Positions 48,323 to 57,364 of a stretch of DNA of 64,000 bases are shown in pieces. The notes under the pieces are model-generated. The model was not told the DNA's origin, ran no database searches, and worked only from the letters and a program-made list of their open reading frames with translations. A program made the translations under genes and the position numbers. How positions within the stretch are numbered: position 1 is the stretch's first letter; each line of letters opens with the position of its first letter. Source of the stretch: Candidatus Multivoradales bacterium (lineage in GTDB: Bacteria; Acidobacteriota; Thermoanaerobaculia; Multivoradales; JAHEKO01); NCBI GenBank assembly GCA_965248055.1, contig CBDFIJ010000004.1, positions 2,528,001-2,592,000 of the forward strand, given 5' to 3'.

Positions 48323-48733
48323 ATGCTTTCGCAAACAGCGATCCACGCCGTCAACGCAATTCAGAAGCTAGCGCAAGCTAGTGAAGGTCAATATTTTGGG
48401 GCCTCTGCCTTGGCTCGCAGCATTGGTGCTCCGGAAAATTATTTGGGAAAACTGCTGGCAATTTTGGGGGAAAACCAAATTCTCGAATCGCGCCGCGGAC
48501 TCGGTGGGGGATTTCGTTTGGCCCGACCCGCAGAAGAGATCACCGTCTACGAAGTGGTCGCCCCGTTTGATCGACTGCATGCCTGGAAGTCCTGCGTCCT
48601 TGGCCTCAGCGACTGCTCCGACGACGAACCATGTGCCCTCCATGACATGTGGAAAATCGGTCGTGAGCGATGCCTGGAGATGCTTGAGAACTCCACCGTC
48701 GCCGATTTACGCGACTCGCCCAAACAAGCCTAG
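48323..48733 (+). CDS. Rrf2-family Fe-S transcriptional regulator
   Basis: YLGKLL, SRRGLGGGFRLARPAEEIT and three Cys (CVLGLSDCSDDEPCALH). Confidence 0.92.
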   Translation: MLSQTAIHAVNAIQKLAQASEGQYFGASALARSIGAPENYLGKLLAILGENQILESRRGLGGGFRLARPAEEITVYEVVAPFDRLHAWKSCVLGLSDCSDDEPCALHDMWKIGRERCLEMLENSTVADLRDSPKQA

Positions 48734-48757
48734 TCGTCACTGCTAGCATTTCTACAC

Positions 48758-48856
48758 GGAAGCGCTCGGGGGCTGGTGCCTCCCGCGGTCTTCAAAACCG
48801 TTGTCCCGTTCCGGATCGGCTCGGGGGGTGGGTTCGATTCCCATGCGCTTCCGCCA
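48758..48856 (+). tRNA. selC: tRNA-Sec(UCA)
   Basis: 8-bp acceptor GGAAGCGC/GCGCTTCC-GCCA, anticodon loop CTTCAAA, long variable arm, GGTTCGATTCC T-arm, 99 nt. Confidence 0.95.
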
Positions 48857-48945
48857 CCTAAGACACTAAAAATAAGTCACTTACAAGAGAGTTACTGTCG
48901 TGGTGCGGTGCCCGGTGGAAATGATTGCATGCCCGATTTGCGCTC

Positions 48946-48967
48946 CATGGCACACTCATGGCACACT
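48946..48967 (+). repeat. 11-nt tandem direct repeat, candidate integrase arm-type sites
   Basis: CATGGCACACT twice, between the tRNA 3' end and the integrase start. Confidence 0.6.
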
Positions 48968-48998
48968 TGTTCTCAACAATTGACGAGTACCGGCACCG

Positions 48999-50057
48999 AT
49001 GGCAACAATCCAAAAAAGGACTTCAAAGAGCGGTCACACAAGTTATCGGGTCATGGTTCGCCTCAGAGGCTACCCAGTGCAGTACGCGACCTTCGACCGA
49101 AAGACGGATGCCAAGCGCTGGGGGCAGCAGACTGAATCTGCAATCAAAGAAGGTCGGCACTTTCGCACCAGTCAAGCCAGAAAGCACACTCTCGCAGAGC
49201 TTGTCGACCGGTATTTTGAAGAGGTACTCCCGACGAAGTTGGCGGTAACTGCCAGGGAACAGCGGCGCCATCTTGCCCGGTGGAAGCAGGAACTCGGTGC
49301 CTATGTTCTGGCGGATGTGACCCCACCACTCATTGCACAGAAGCGAGATGCGCTCGCGCGTGGCACGACGGTGCGACACGAAAAACGAGCACCAGCCACA
49401 GTCAACCGATACCTCGGCGCCTTGAGCCATGCGTTTTCGATTGCGGTAAGAGAGTGGGAATGGATGGAGCACAACCCAGTGCGACGGGTCCGCCGCCTCA
49501 AAGAACCCCGAGGTCGAGTGCGCTTTCTTTCGGACGAAGAACGCATCCGACTACTCACCGTCTGCAAGGAAAGTTCGGATCGCCGTCTCTATCCACTGGT
49601 GGTACTCGCACTGTCCACGGGAGCGCGCCAAAGAGAGTTACTGCAACTCTCTTGGAAGGACGTAGATTTTATTCGTGGCGTTGCGGTCGTGCACCACACG
49701 AAGAACAATGAACGGCGAGCACTGCCACTTTCTGAATTTGCACGCGGTGTCTTGCAGGAGTTGAAGAAAGTGGAGCGGTTGGATTCGAATCTGGTTTTTG
49801 CTGGAGTGGATGGCAGAGCTCTTTTTCCGCGCAAGCAATGGGAGCGAATATTGCGGGAAGCATCAATTGAAGATTTCAGGTTCCATGACTTGCGGCACTC
49901 CGCTGCTAGCTATCTGGCCATGAACGGTGCGACGCTGGCTGAGATCGCTGAGATTCTCGGACATAAGACACTGGCGATGGTGAAGCGATATGCACATTTG
50001 ACCGAGCAACATACCAGTGACGTGGTTGCGCGGATGAACGACAAGATCTTTGGCTAG
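48999..50057 (+). CDS. int: tyrosine recombinase/integrase
   Basis: STGARQRELL, TKN, FHDLRHSAAS, LGH...RYAH catalytic residues. N-terminal arm-binding region. Confidence 0.96.
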   Translation: MATIQKRTSKSGHTSYRVMVRLRGYPVQYATFDRKTDAKRWGQQTESAIKEGRHFRTSQARKHTLAELVDRYFEEVLPTKLAVTAREQRRHLARWKQELGAYVLADVTPPLIAQKRDALARGTTVRHEKRAPATVNRYLGALSHAFSIAVREWEWMEHNPVRRVRRLKEPRGRVRFLSDEERIRLLTVCKESSDRRLYPLVVLALSTGARQRELLQLSWKDVDFIRGVAVVHHTKNNERRALPLSEFARGVLQELKKVERLDSNLVFAGVDGRALFPRKQWERILREASIEDFRFHDLRHSAASYLAMNGATLAEIAEILGHKTLAMVKRYAHLTEQHTSDVVARMNDKIFG

Positions 50058-50281
50058 GCGCTGCATGCACGACGGCTTTCGAGCCACGCATTGAACGCAT
50101 CTACGTCAATGAGGACACGGCGCCCCACGCGCACGAGCGCCTGATTTAGTCCATTCTCCTCAGCATTGAAGATGAGCCACCGAAGGCTACCTTCGGTGAT
50201 TGCGGGTACCGTGTCGATACCGACAGGTCGCGAGGCATCAACAATCTGTTGGACAGTACGAAGTTTTTCAAATTGAATCAT
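50054..50281 (-). CDS. excisionase-like small DNA-binding protein
   Basis: GAGGAG RBS. EGSLRWLIFNAEENGL..ALVRVGRRVLIDVDAFNAWLE. Convergent with int and overlapping it by 4 nt. Confidence 0.8.
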   Translation of the reverse strand: MIQFEKLRTVQQIVDASRPVGIDTVPAITEGSLRWLIFNAEENGLNQALVRVGRRVLIDVDAFNAWLESRRACSA

Positions 50282-50462
50282 GTTCCGTGTCTCCTCAGTT
50301 GCGAGGGTATGCACACGGCTACTGCGTTGTCAAGAAAAATGACTTGTAACTAATTGATACTAAATGAGTTAGGGAGTCTTGTGTTACCCCAAACACCCCT
50401 CTGTTCTAGGTTTGTAGGGGTAAGGAGAGGAGATAAGTTGCCTACTACCAATACATTAAGGA

Positions 50463-50840
50463 GTCTCTCGGGTCGTCGGACTAGCGTCCGACTCCCGGTC
50501 TCTCTCCTCAGCAAACAAATGCGCACTTCGGAAAGTTGATTTCGTCGAAAGCCCGGGAGTCGGACGCACGACGTTCCAACCACCGGCGGACCGGTGGGGA
50601 ACCTCGGCTACCGACGACCCGAGAGACGAAACTACGTTAATAGCAAGATGCTGAGGAGGTCTTCCGCCGTCCCCCTTGACGGAATCCCGAGTACGGGATG
50701 CACGTATTTACCTGTCGCTTCACTCTCTCGTCCCCGCAACCCCACTGAACAGGTAAGGGTTGCGGATAACTCGATTCGCTCAAGCGACAGGTAGCCGCAG
50801 CTCAAGGTCGAATGTTATTAGCAAGATAGCAAACCTCAGT
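50463..50840. ncRNA. highly structured non-coding element (RNA or ssDNA), two tandem pseudoknotted domains
   Basis: Perfect stems 50463-79/50611-27 (17 bp), 50484-98/50553-67 (15 bp), 50504-13/50649-58 (10 bp, pseudoknot), 50709-20/50782-93 (12 bp) and 50734-42/50757-65 (9 bp). Repeated GTTAWTAGCAAGAT. Family and strand unknown. Confidence 0.65.
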
Positions 50841-50844
50841 ATGT

Positions 50845-51018
50845 ATGGATTACCTCGAAATGACTGAACTACAGTTGCGCGAGTTGCTTGAAAACGCCAA
50901 CAGCGATGACGTTGTTGACTTTGTCTCAGGCGAGCTTCGTCAGTCGTACGCAAACGGTGCGCGTATGCGTGATGGCAAGCGTGGGCGTGCACGGCATCGC
51001 ACCTCGCAACCCGCATAG
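50845..51018 (+). CDS. small hypothetical protein (57 aa, not in the ORF track)
   Basis: MDYLEMTELQLRELLENANSDDVVDFVSGELRQSYANGARMRDGKRGRARHRTSQPA. Amphipathic acidic helices and a basic tail. Confidence 0.55.
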   Translation: MDYLEMTELQLRELLENANSDDVVDFVSGELRQSYANGARMRDGKRGRARHRTSQPA

Positions 51019-51153
51019 GCGGGCATGGCAACCTCCATTCGTGGGGGTTGTCTGCGGCTCCCCACCCACCCGGACGGCGGATATCAAGACGGAAGTGTCG
51101 ACAAGACACAGAGGGGTGCGGCATACTCGGCTACGTTCCGCAAAGGAGTTCGC

Positions 51154-52425
51154 ATGTATCGATCGAGGTGTGTTCGTTTTTGGGTGTTTTTCGCCGCGCT
51201 GTGGGTTGCGCTGTCGACATCGAGTAGTGCGCAGACACTCAAGAAGCTCAATCCGTTTGCTGATGTTCCGAAAGTCCATGTGACGCTCGAACACCCACCC
51301 CAGCTTTCACTTGAAATCGAGCGGGTGGCGTTCGCCACCGCTGAAGGAGAGTGCGCCGACGATTTTGTCGACGCCCTAATCTCCGACTTCGTGAGCAACG
51401 GTGTCGAAGTTATCGACCGGGCACACCTTGAGGCGTTACTGGCTGAGCACGAGTTCAGCCTCAGTGGTGTGGTTGATCGTGAGAGTGCATTGGAGCTTGG
51501 CAGGATTCTCGGCCCCACCACGCTCATCTTCGTCAAGATTCGACGGTGCACCACTGAGAAACAATCGCAGAACAACCACCGAACCACGTATACCGGGCGA
51601 GCCGTCTACGAATACATCTCCAAGACCATCGGGTACGTCAAAGGGTCGATTCAAATCGTTGATCTCGCCACTGCACGGATTCACTCAGCCCGTACCGTTG
51701 ATCAGACGGTACAACGACAGAATACAAGCTCAGGCGGCCAACCAGCTCATCCATCGGCGTACGACACTATCGATGCTGCTCTGCAGCAGGCCACCGGACG
51801 GGTGCATCGACTCTTTTTTCCATGGGTGGAGACCGAGTGGTTTCCATACTTCGATGACAAAGACTGCAATCTCAAGCTCGCCTACAACCTCATTCGCGCC
51901 AATGACATGTCAGCGGCTATCGAACAATCCGAAACGAACCTTCAAGCGTGCCAGGCCTTTCGAGAAAAAAAGCCCAAGCTCGTTGCCCGTGCTTACTACA
52001 ACCTTGGTGTCGTTCGTTGTCTAGCCGACCAATTCGATGAGGGGATTGAAGCACTCAATGAATCGCTTCAGCTACGACCCAACGAAATCACTTCATCGGC
52101 GCTTGCCACCTGCCGGAACAACTGGAAGGCTGCCGAACAGATGGCGACGTTTGATGCTGAGGCCACAGCCGAGGCGGTCGAACTTGAAAAGGCTGCCGAG
52201 GAAGACCCGAGCGAAGAGCTGGCGAAACTTGAAAAGCTCCGCGCACGAGACCTCATTACTCAAGACATTTATGCCAAGAAGGTTGGAGCCATTATTTCGC
52301 GCTCTGGCCCACCCGGCGAAACACCGGAGGATCAGCTAGCGAGTCTTAAGAAACTCCTCGGCATAGGTTTGATCTCTGAGGAGCTTTACGAGCGCAAGGT
52401 TTCAAAAATATTGTCGGATCTCTAG
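51154..52425 (+). CDS. secreted CsgG/HfaB-like + TPR + tandem SHOCT-domain protein
   Basis: AAGGAG RBS and signal peptide. VEVIDRAHLEALLAEHEFSLSGVVD...LGRILG, AYYNLGVV, LAKLEKLRARDLITQDIY, LASLKKLLGIGLISEELY. Confidence 0.75.
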   Translation: MYRSRCVRFWVFFAALWVALSTSSSAQTLKKLNPFADVPKVHVTLEHPPQLSLEIERVAFATAEGECADDFVDALISDFVSNGVEVIDRAHLEALLAEHEFSLSGVVDRESALELGRILGPTTLIFVKIRRCTTEKQSQNNHRTTYTGRAVYEYISKTIGYVKGSIQIVDLATARIHSARTVDQTVQRQNTSSGGQPAHPSAYDTIDAALQQATGRVHRLFFPWVETEWFPYFDDKDCNLKLAYNLIRANDMSAAIEQSETNLQACQAFREKKPKLVARAYYNLGVVRCLADQFDEGIEALNESLQLRPNEITSSALATCRNNWKAAEQMATFDAEATAEAVELEKAAEEDPSEELAKLEKLRARDLITQDIYAKKVGAIISRSGPPGETPEDQLASLKKLLGIGLISEELYERKVSKILSDL

Positions 52426-53372
52426 GAGCTCAGGCGTCGAACAAGCCCCTGCTCCACGAGTGCTTCGACCAAACGTGTCTCTGCGGCCGTGCGAGCTTGA
52501 GTCTCGTCAAACCCCGCGCCAGTTTCGGTTACCTGCGGCATCGTTATTGCCTGACCAGACGGCAAGCTGATGATGTGGACTGTGGCGTAACCTTTGACGT
52601 TGACCGTGTTACCGACGCCGGTCTCCTTAGCTTGGTCGAAGCGTGTTCGTCCGAGCACCATTGTGCCGGATACTGAGGTGAGACCAAGTCGTCGGAGGGT
52701 ATTGGCGTTGCCAGCAGATAGCTCAGAGAACATGGCGTTTTCAAACACTGCGGTTGTAAGTGCACTTGCGTTGACGTTGTAGCCATGCCCTCGGAGCTTT
52801 TGTGCAAGTCGGCTTTCAACCGCACCGTCAACCTTGAGCAGTACTACACTCGATGGACTTGTTGCCAGAGCAGCGCTGCGGACATAGCGATCACGAAACG
52901 CAGCTTCTGCGTGACGTGCGGATGCAGCTTCAGCAGCCTGTCGTCGCTGCCGCTCGGCTTGCGCTTTGGCTGCGATAGCCGCATCGGTATCCGCGACGCG
53001 TCCCGCTTCAGCATCCCGAATGGCTTCGACAATAGCCTGGGTGATGGGTTCACACGCTTTGCCTGTCCGCGGACTGACCAACACATCACCGCTGTACAGC
53101 TCGACATCTCCCGCAGGGTCACCGCAATACCGCACAAGGGCGGCCCCAGTGATGGGATCAAAGAGCGCGGGTGCGTCGTCAAGTGAGTGGTACGACTGCT
53201 TCAGGCTCACCGTAGGCAACTGTGCCTCGGCACTGCCAGCAAACCACGTCATGTGCACGCCGAGCACAATGGGTATGCCGACCAAGGCGAGTAGCAAGAG
53301 CGCCACGCTCCAGCGACCCACTCCGAGCACCTCGCGCTCGCGTTCGAGAATTTCAGTTTTGAGCAAATCCAC
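52422..53372 (-). CDS. membrane-anchored hypothetical protein with Ala-rich coiled coil
   Basis: One N-terminal TM, YCGDP...TGKACEPIT, coiled coil, and a C-terminal alpha/beta domain (GAGFDETQARTAA). Confidence 0.65.
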   Translation of the reverse strand: MDLLKTEILEREREVLGVGRWSVALLLLALVGIPIVLGVHMTWFAGSAEAQLPTVSLKQSYHSLDDAPALFDPITGAALVRYCGDPAGDVELYSGDVLVSPRTGKACEPITQAIVEAIRDAEAGRVADTDAAIAAKAQAERQRRQAAEAASARHAEAAFRDRYVRSAALATSPSSVVLLKVDGAVESRLAQKLRGHGYNVNASALTTAVFENAMFSELSAGNANTLRRLGLTSVSGTMVLGRTRFDQAKETGVGNTVNVKGYATVHIISLPSGQAITMPQVTETGAGFDETQARTAAETRLVEALVEQGLVRRLSS

Positions 53373-53463
53373 TTTCGATCAAGTTACCACAACACGAGTA
53401 GTCAGAACGGTATACTGCGTCGAACGCTTTAATTGCTGCGTGCGCGATATGAAGGAGGAGTAG

Positions 53464-54474
53464 GTGTCGATGCATTCTCGAAAGATGTTTCTTGCAACGC
53501 TCATCGGTTGGGCGTTACTCGCTTTTGCTCCTGTCGTTTTTCGGGGCTTTGTGCTGTTCCTCAGCACGTTCTTTCAGCAGATATCTCCGCTTATTATCGG
53601 CATTGCTGCCGTTGGATTCGGCCTCTGGTGTCTCTACGTTGGCTCGCCGCCCCTCACAACCCGGGTTGCACAGCTCTTAGAGGAACATACGCCAATGGCA
53701 GGTGCATTTGCCCTTTCCGGAAAAATCGTGCGGGGTGCGATCGCGATCCTCTTGCCCGCGATCGTGTACGCGAGCTTCATGGTATTACGCACCGGCACCG
53801 GAGCAACGTGGCTCGTACTTGTTGCCTACGGCCTACTGGTTGCGCTTCTTTGGCCGCTTGCCGTTCGGAGCCTTCGACTCGCCAATCTCAACCTCACTAC
53901 CTATCCCGAGGACGAAGTGCGGAAGTCTCTTGTTCAAACCGGCGGGTTGAGCACGGTTGCAAGAGAGAAGTTTCAGGAGGCCACAGAAGCGATCCATCAG
54001 CTGACCGAACCTGACGTACGACGAATACGCTTGCGGCGGATGGCGAGCTTGGCGCAGGTACTCAAGAACAGAAACCTCGATCCTCGACGGGAAGAACAAG
54101 AGACGCTTTCGGACGCAACTGTGTCCGCGCTTGATCGAGACATAGGGGTCAAGACCAAAACCCACGAGTACGACCGGCTCGATTTGGAAGACCTTGCATC
54201 TAGGTCGACCATCCGTGCTGACATCGCAGGTGAAGATGCTCGTGCACGGTCGTATGAGCAGAAAGCGCCGCGCAAGCCTCAAACCGCCTATGAGCAAGCG
54301 AATGAGCGTATTGGACGAGGTATGGGCGCCGATGAAGCAAGACGGCGGGTCGAGGAAGAAGGGATTGCAAAGTACGACCTAGCGCTTGCAAACGGAGAGA
54401 TTGACCAGGACGAATACGACCGTCTTGTGAGCAAGCTCAAAGAACTATTACGTCGCTGGCTTGAGGAACAATAG
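53464..54474 (+). CDS. 4-TM membrane protein with C-terminal SHOCT-like tail
   Basis: GGAGGAG RBS, four hydrophobic segments, ALANGEIDQDEYDRL. Ends 9 nt before the ATPase. Confidence 0.7.
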   Translation: MSMHSRKMFLATLIGWALLAFAPVVFRGFVLFLSTFFQQISPLIIGIAAVGFGLWCLYVGSPPLTTRVAQLLEEHTPMAGAFALSGKIVRGAIAILLPAIVYASFMVLRTGTGATWLVLVAYGLLVALLWPLAVRSLRLANLNLTTYPEDEVRKSLVQTGGLSTVAREKFQEATEAIHQLTEPDVRRIRLRRMASLAQVLKNRNLDPRREEQETLSDATVSALDRDIGVKTKTHEYDRLDLEDLASRSTIRADIAGEDARARSYEQKAPRKPQTAYEQANERIGRGMGADEARRRVEEEGIAKYDLALANGEIDQDEYDRLVSKLKELLRRWLEEQ

Positions 54475-54483
54475 CGAGTAGCA

Positions 54484-56193
54484 ATGGCTCGCCGAAAACT
54501 GTCACGCGCGGAGCTGCGCAAGCGTCTGTGGATCGGCACGGCGCTTGAGGATTCCTCTCGTGTCTTTTTTCCTCCCAAGAGCCGTCAATTTCATCTCCAC
54601 GTACTCGGGCAATTCGGGCTTGGCAAGAGCAAGTTTCTCGAGCACCTCATTCGCCAGGACATCTTGAACAATGAGGGGTTATGTCTCATCGACCCGCACG
54701 GCTCGCTCTACGACGCCATCGTCACCTGGTGTGCTGACAAGCAGCTCTTTGATTCTCGACCCATTACCTTGTTTGAACCCGCGGCTGACGCTTGGACATT
54801 TGCCTTCAATCCTCTTGATTTCAAAAGCTACCCGCCTGACCGAGTCGCTGACGCAGTCGACACGATGGTTAAAGCGTGCGCGCAGGTGTGGGGTGGCGAG
54901 GATATGACACGGACTCCGCGCCTGACGCGTTTTCTCACATCGTGCTTTCACCTGTTGGGGGAGCATGGTCTCACGTTGCGAGAGGCGCTCGATTTGTGCA
55001 CGCGGGGAGAACTCCAACAACACCTCACAAGAACCATTCATGACGACGTGTTGCAGTCCGAGTGGCAGTACTACCGAAATCTTTCTGAGGCAAACTTCGT
55101 TGAGCAAACGGAGAGTACGTTGAACCGACTATCAGCGTTTCTCAGGCATCCCATGATGCGGAGAGCCATCGGACAATCGGAAGACACCATCAACCTCCGC
55201 GAGGCGATGGATGACGGGCAGGTCGTGCTTGTTAATTTGGCAGGCTTGTCGTCCGAAAACGCCCGCCTGATGGGGTCACTCCTTATCAGCGACCTTTACG
55301 CCAAAGCCCGACTTCGAACCCCTGACAAGAGTCGACCGTTTTACCTCTATGTCGATGAGTGCTACCAGTTTTTCAACGATGACATTGAGCGCATCGTCAC
55401 CGGAATGCGTAAGTTTGGTCTCCACACAACGCTTGCCCATCAAAACCTCGGCCAGCTCCGGCAGTTTGGTGGTGACGCGGTCTTTAGTGCGGTCAATCAG
55501 ATTCCCAACAAAGTCGTGTTCGGAGGGTTACCTGTTGAAGACGTGGAGTACATGGCTCGGTCGCTGTACTTAGGGGAGATCGACTATGAGGAGGCAAAGC
55601 ATTCACTCGACAAGCCAACCGTCACTCGCTACGTCCGCAGTTGGCTTCAGAATCGTTCTGAGAGTGAAAGTATTGCTCATGGAACTAGTCACCAAGCTAC
55701 CGACTCGGAGAATACGAGCGAGACGGCGAGTGCGACAGTCGACGCAGATGGTGCTGGGGTCTCCGCTACCGTGGGTTCGTCCACGACGCATGGCCATTCG
55801 GAGACTTCTGGCACGAGTACGACACACACGCACGGAAGCTCACGTGGGATGAGCGAAACCTTTGAGCCCGAGCTGGCTTGGATGACCACAGCTGTGCATT
55901 CGCTTGAAGAGCAAATACATCGCCATATGGCGGTGATGGCGGGACAGCCCGAACGTGCAGCCATCATCAAGCTGTTCAACGAGCCGCCACGTCAGGTGAA
56001 GACTCCGTTTGTACACGAGGCGATGATTGGGGAGGACTACGTTGACGCTCGGAAGGAGAAAGTTTTTGCGGCTACTCCGTATGCCCTACCCGTTGAAGAA
56101 GCAGAGAAACGGATACGCGATCGCCGCACGCGCCTATTGAAAGAAGCAAAGCAAGCCGTCAAAGACATGGAACCTGACGACTTCCTGGAGTAG
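54484..56193 (+). CDS. type IV coupling protein-like (TraD/VirD4/HerA-clade) ATPase
   Basis: Walker A GQFGLGKS, LIDPHG, Walker B FYLYVDECYQF, RKFGL..TLAHQ, S/T/G-rich C-terminal tract. No TM. Confidence 0.88.
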   Translation: MARRKLSRAELRKRLWIGTALEDSSRVFFPPKSRQFHLHVLGQFGLGKSKFLEHLIRQDILNNEGLCLIDPHGSLYDAIVTWCADKQLFDSRPITLFEPAADAWTFAFNPLDFKSYPPDRVADAVDTMVKACAQVWGGEDMTRTPRLTRFLTSCFHLLGEHGLTLREALDLCTRGELQQHLTRTIHDDVLQSEWQYYRNLSEANFVEQTESTLNRLSAFLRHPMMRRAIGQSEDTINLREAMDDGQVVLVNLAGLSSENARLMGSLLISDLYAKARLRTPDKSRPFYLYVDECYQFFNDDIERIVTGMRKFGLHTTLAHQNLGQLRQFGGDAVFSAVNQIPNKVVFGGLPVEDVEYMARSLYLGEIDYEEAKHSLDKPTVTRYVRSWLQNRSESESIAHGTSHQATDSENTSETASATVDADGAGVSATVGSSTTHGHSETSGTSTTHTHGSSRGMSETFEPELAWMTTAVHSLEEQIHRHMAVMAGQPERAAIIKLFNEPPRQVKTPFVHEAMIGEDYVDARKEKVFAATPYALPVEEAEKRIRDRRTRLLKEAKQAVKDMEPDDFLE

Positions 56194-56202
56194 CGACAAG
56201 TA

Positions 56203-57132
56203 GTGGAGAAGCGCAGACCACGGTTCAAGCGGACGAAGGTTCCTTCGTTTCGGATAACCGCCCGTGATCTTGCCATCGTCGAGCATGTGCATTCCTACCG
56301 GCTGCTTGACTCCAACCACATCGTCTCGCTCGTAGGTGACGGTAGCCCGCAGCAGATTAGACGGCGCTTGCAGCTCCTGTACCACGCTCGCTATCTCGAT
56401 CGACCACGAGTCCAGATTGCCGACTTTTACCGGCAGCCTGGCACCGTCCCTATGGTTTACGGGCTTGGGGATAAAGGAGCGGATCTCCTTGCTGAGCATG
56501 CGAGCGTCACGCGGTCAGACGTTAGCTGGACAGCCAAGAATCGAGCCATACGGTCTCGGTTCTTCCACCATACGCTCATGGTCTCCTCAATCATGGTTGC
56601 CTTTGCCATCGCGTGCAGACGCGCAGGAAATGTCCGGCTCATTCCGTGGGAGGAGATTCTCAGAGAAAAATGTCCACAGGAAACCCAAGCCGCCAGACAC
56701 CCCAAGACCTGGCGCGTGCATATCGAGCAGCACGGTTCTCTGGGGATTACGCCAGATGCCATCTTTGGCCTCCACTACCTCGACCAGCCGGATGGCAAGA
56801 ATAAGGCGTTCTTCTTTCTCGAAGCAGATCGCGGCACCATGCCTGTGTTTCGCAAGAGTCTCAAGACCACCTCTTTCTATCGCAAGCTCGCCATCTACCA
56901 CGCCACCCATGCGCAGGGTGTACACACCAAACAATTCGGCATCAAGACCTTTCGGGTACTAACTGTGACTACGGGTGCGAAGAGAATCAGGTCAATAGTT
57001 ACTGCAGTGCAACGGCTTCAGGGATTGCAGGGATTGTTTCTGTTTGCCGCAGAAGGCGCGGTTACTCGGGGCGATCCGCTGGCGACGGGGTGGAGGAATG
57101 GGCGGGAAATAGGGGTCGAGTTAGAGAGTTAA
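56203..57132 (+). CDS. replication-relaxation family (Replic_Relax, PD-(D/E)xK-type relaxase-like) protein
   Basis: N-terminal wHTH (ITARDLAI, RRRLQLL), HHTL, PDAIFGL...FFLEADRGTM, K..Y, FRVLTVT motifs. Confidence 0.85.
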   Translation: MEKRRPRFKRTKVPSFRITARDLAIVEHVHSYRLLDSNHIVSLVGDGSPQQIRRRLQLLYHARYLDRPRVQIADFYRQPGTVPMVYGLGDKGADLLAEHASVTRSDVSWTAKNRAIRSRFFHHTLMVSSIMVAFAIACRRAGNVRLIPWEEILREKCPQETQAARHPKTWRVHIEQHGSLGITPDAIFGLHYLDQPDGKNKAFFFLEADRGTMPVFRKSLKTTSFYRKLAIYHATHAQGVHTKQFGIKTFRVLTVTTGAKRIRSIVTAVQRLQGLQGLFLFAAEGAVTRGDPLATGWRNGREIGVELES

Positions 57133-57283
57133 CCAGCGTGCAACCTCATTTTGAACCAGAGCCGCAGCAACGGATGTTTCGGGCCAACCCTGCGAGCCAC
57201 CAGCCAAAGTACTACGACGGGCCGTATGCAAAGCAGTCAAGTCGAATGCGAGTTTGCGACGAGTAACAACGCTGGTACTCGCT

Positions 57284-57364
57284 CTACTGGACCAAGAATT
57301 CCTGCGAAGATGTACTGCAGTTGTCCGCCAGCAAACTCCGGCGAGAAACGACACTATTACTCAT
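57284..57364 (-). CDS. possible 26-aa peptide MSNSVVSRRSLLADNCSTSSQEFLVQ
   Basis: GGAGG 5 nt before the ATG. No other support. Confidence 0.25.
   Translation of the reverse strand: MSNSVVSRRSLLADNCSTSSQEFLVQ

Noticed and set aside
50630-50660. Pistol ribozyme (GTTAATAG resembles the pistol linker after a pseudoknotted hairpin)
   Set aside because: I could not identify P2/P3 or the cleavage-site residues by eye. Needs cmscan, so not claimed.
50621-50662. Hammerhead ribozyme (GACGAAAC at 50625 and CTGAGGA at 50651)
   Set aside because: Stems I and II cannot be formed in register around the core, and CTGAGGAG is better explained by the 10-bp pseudoknot.
50463-50840. Retron msr-msd or CRISPR/tracr-type RNA
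   Set aside because: No reverse transcriptase, cas gene or repeat-spacer array in the window.
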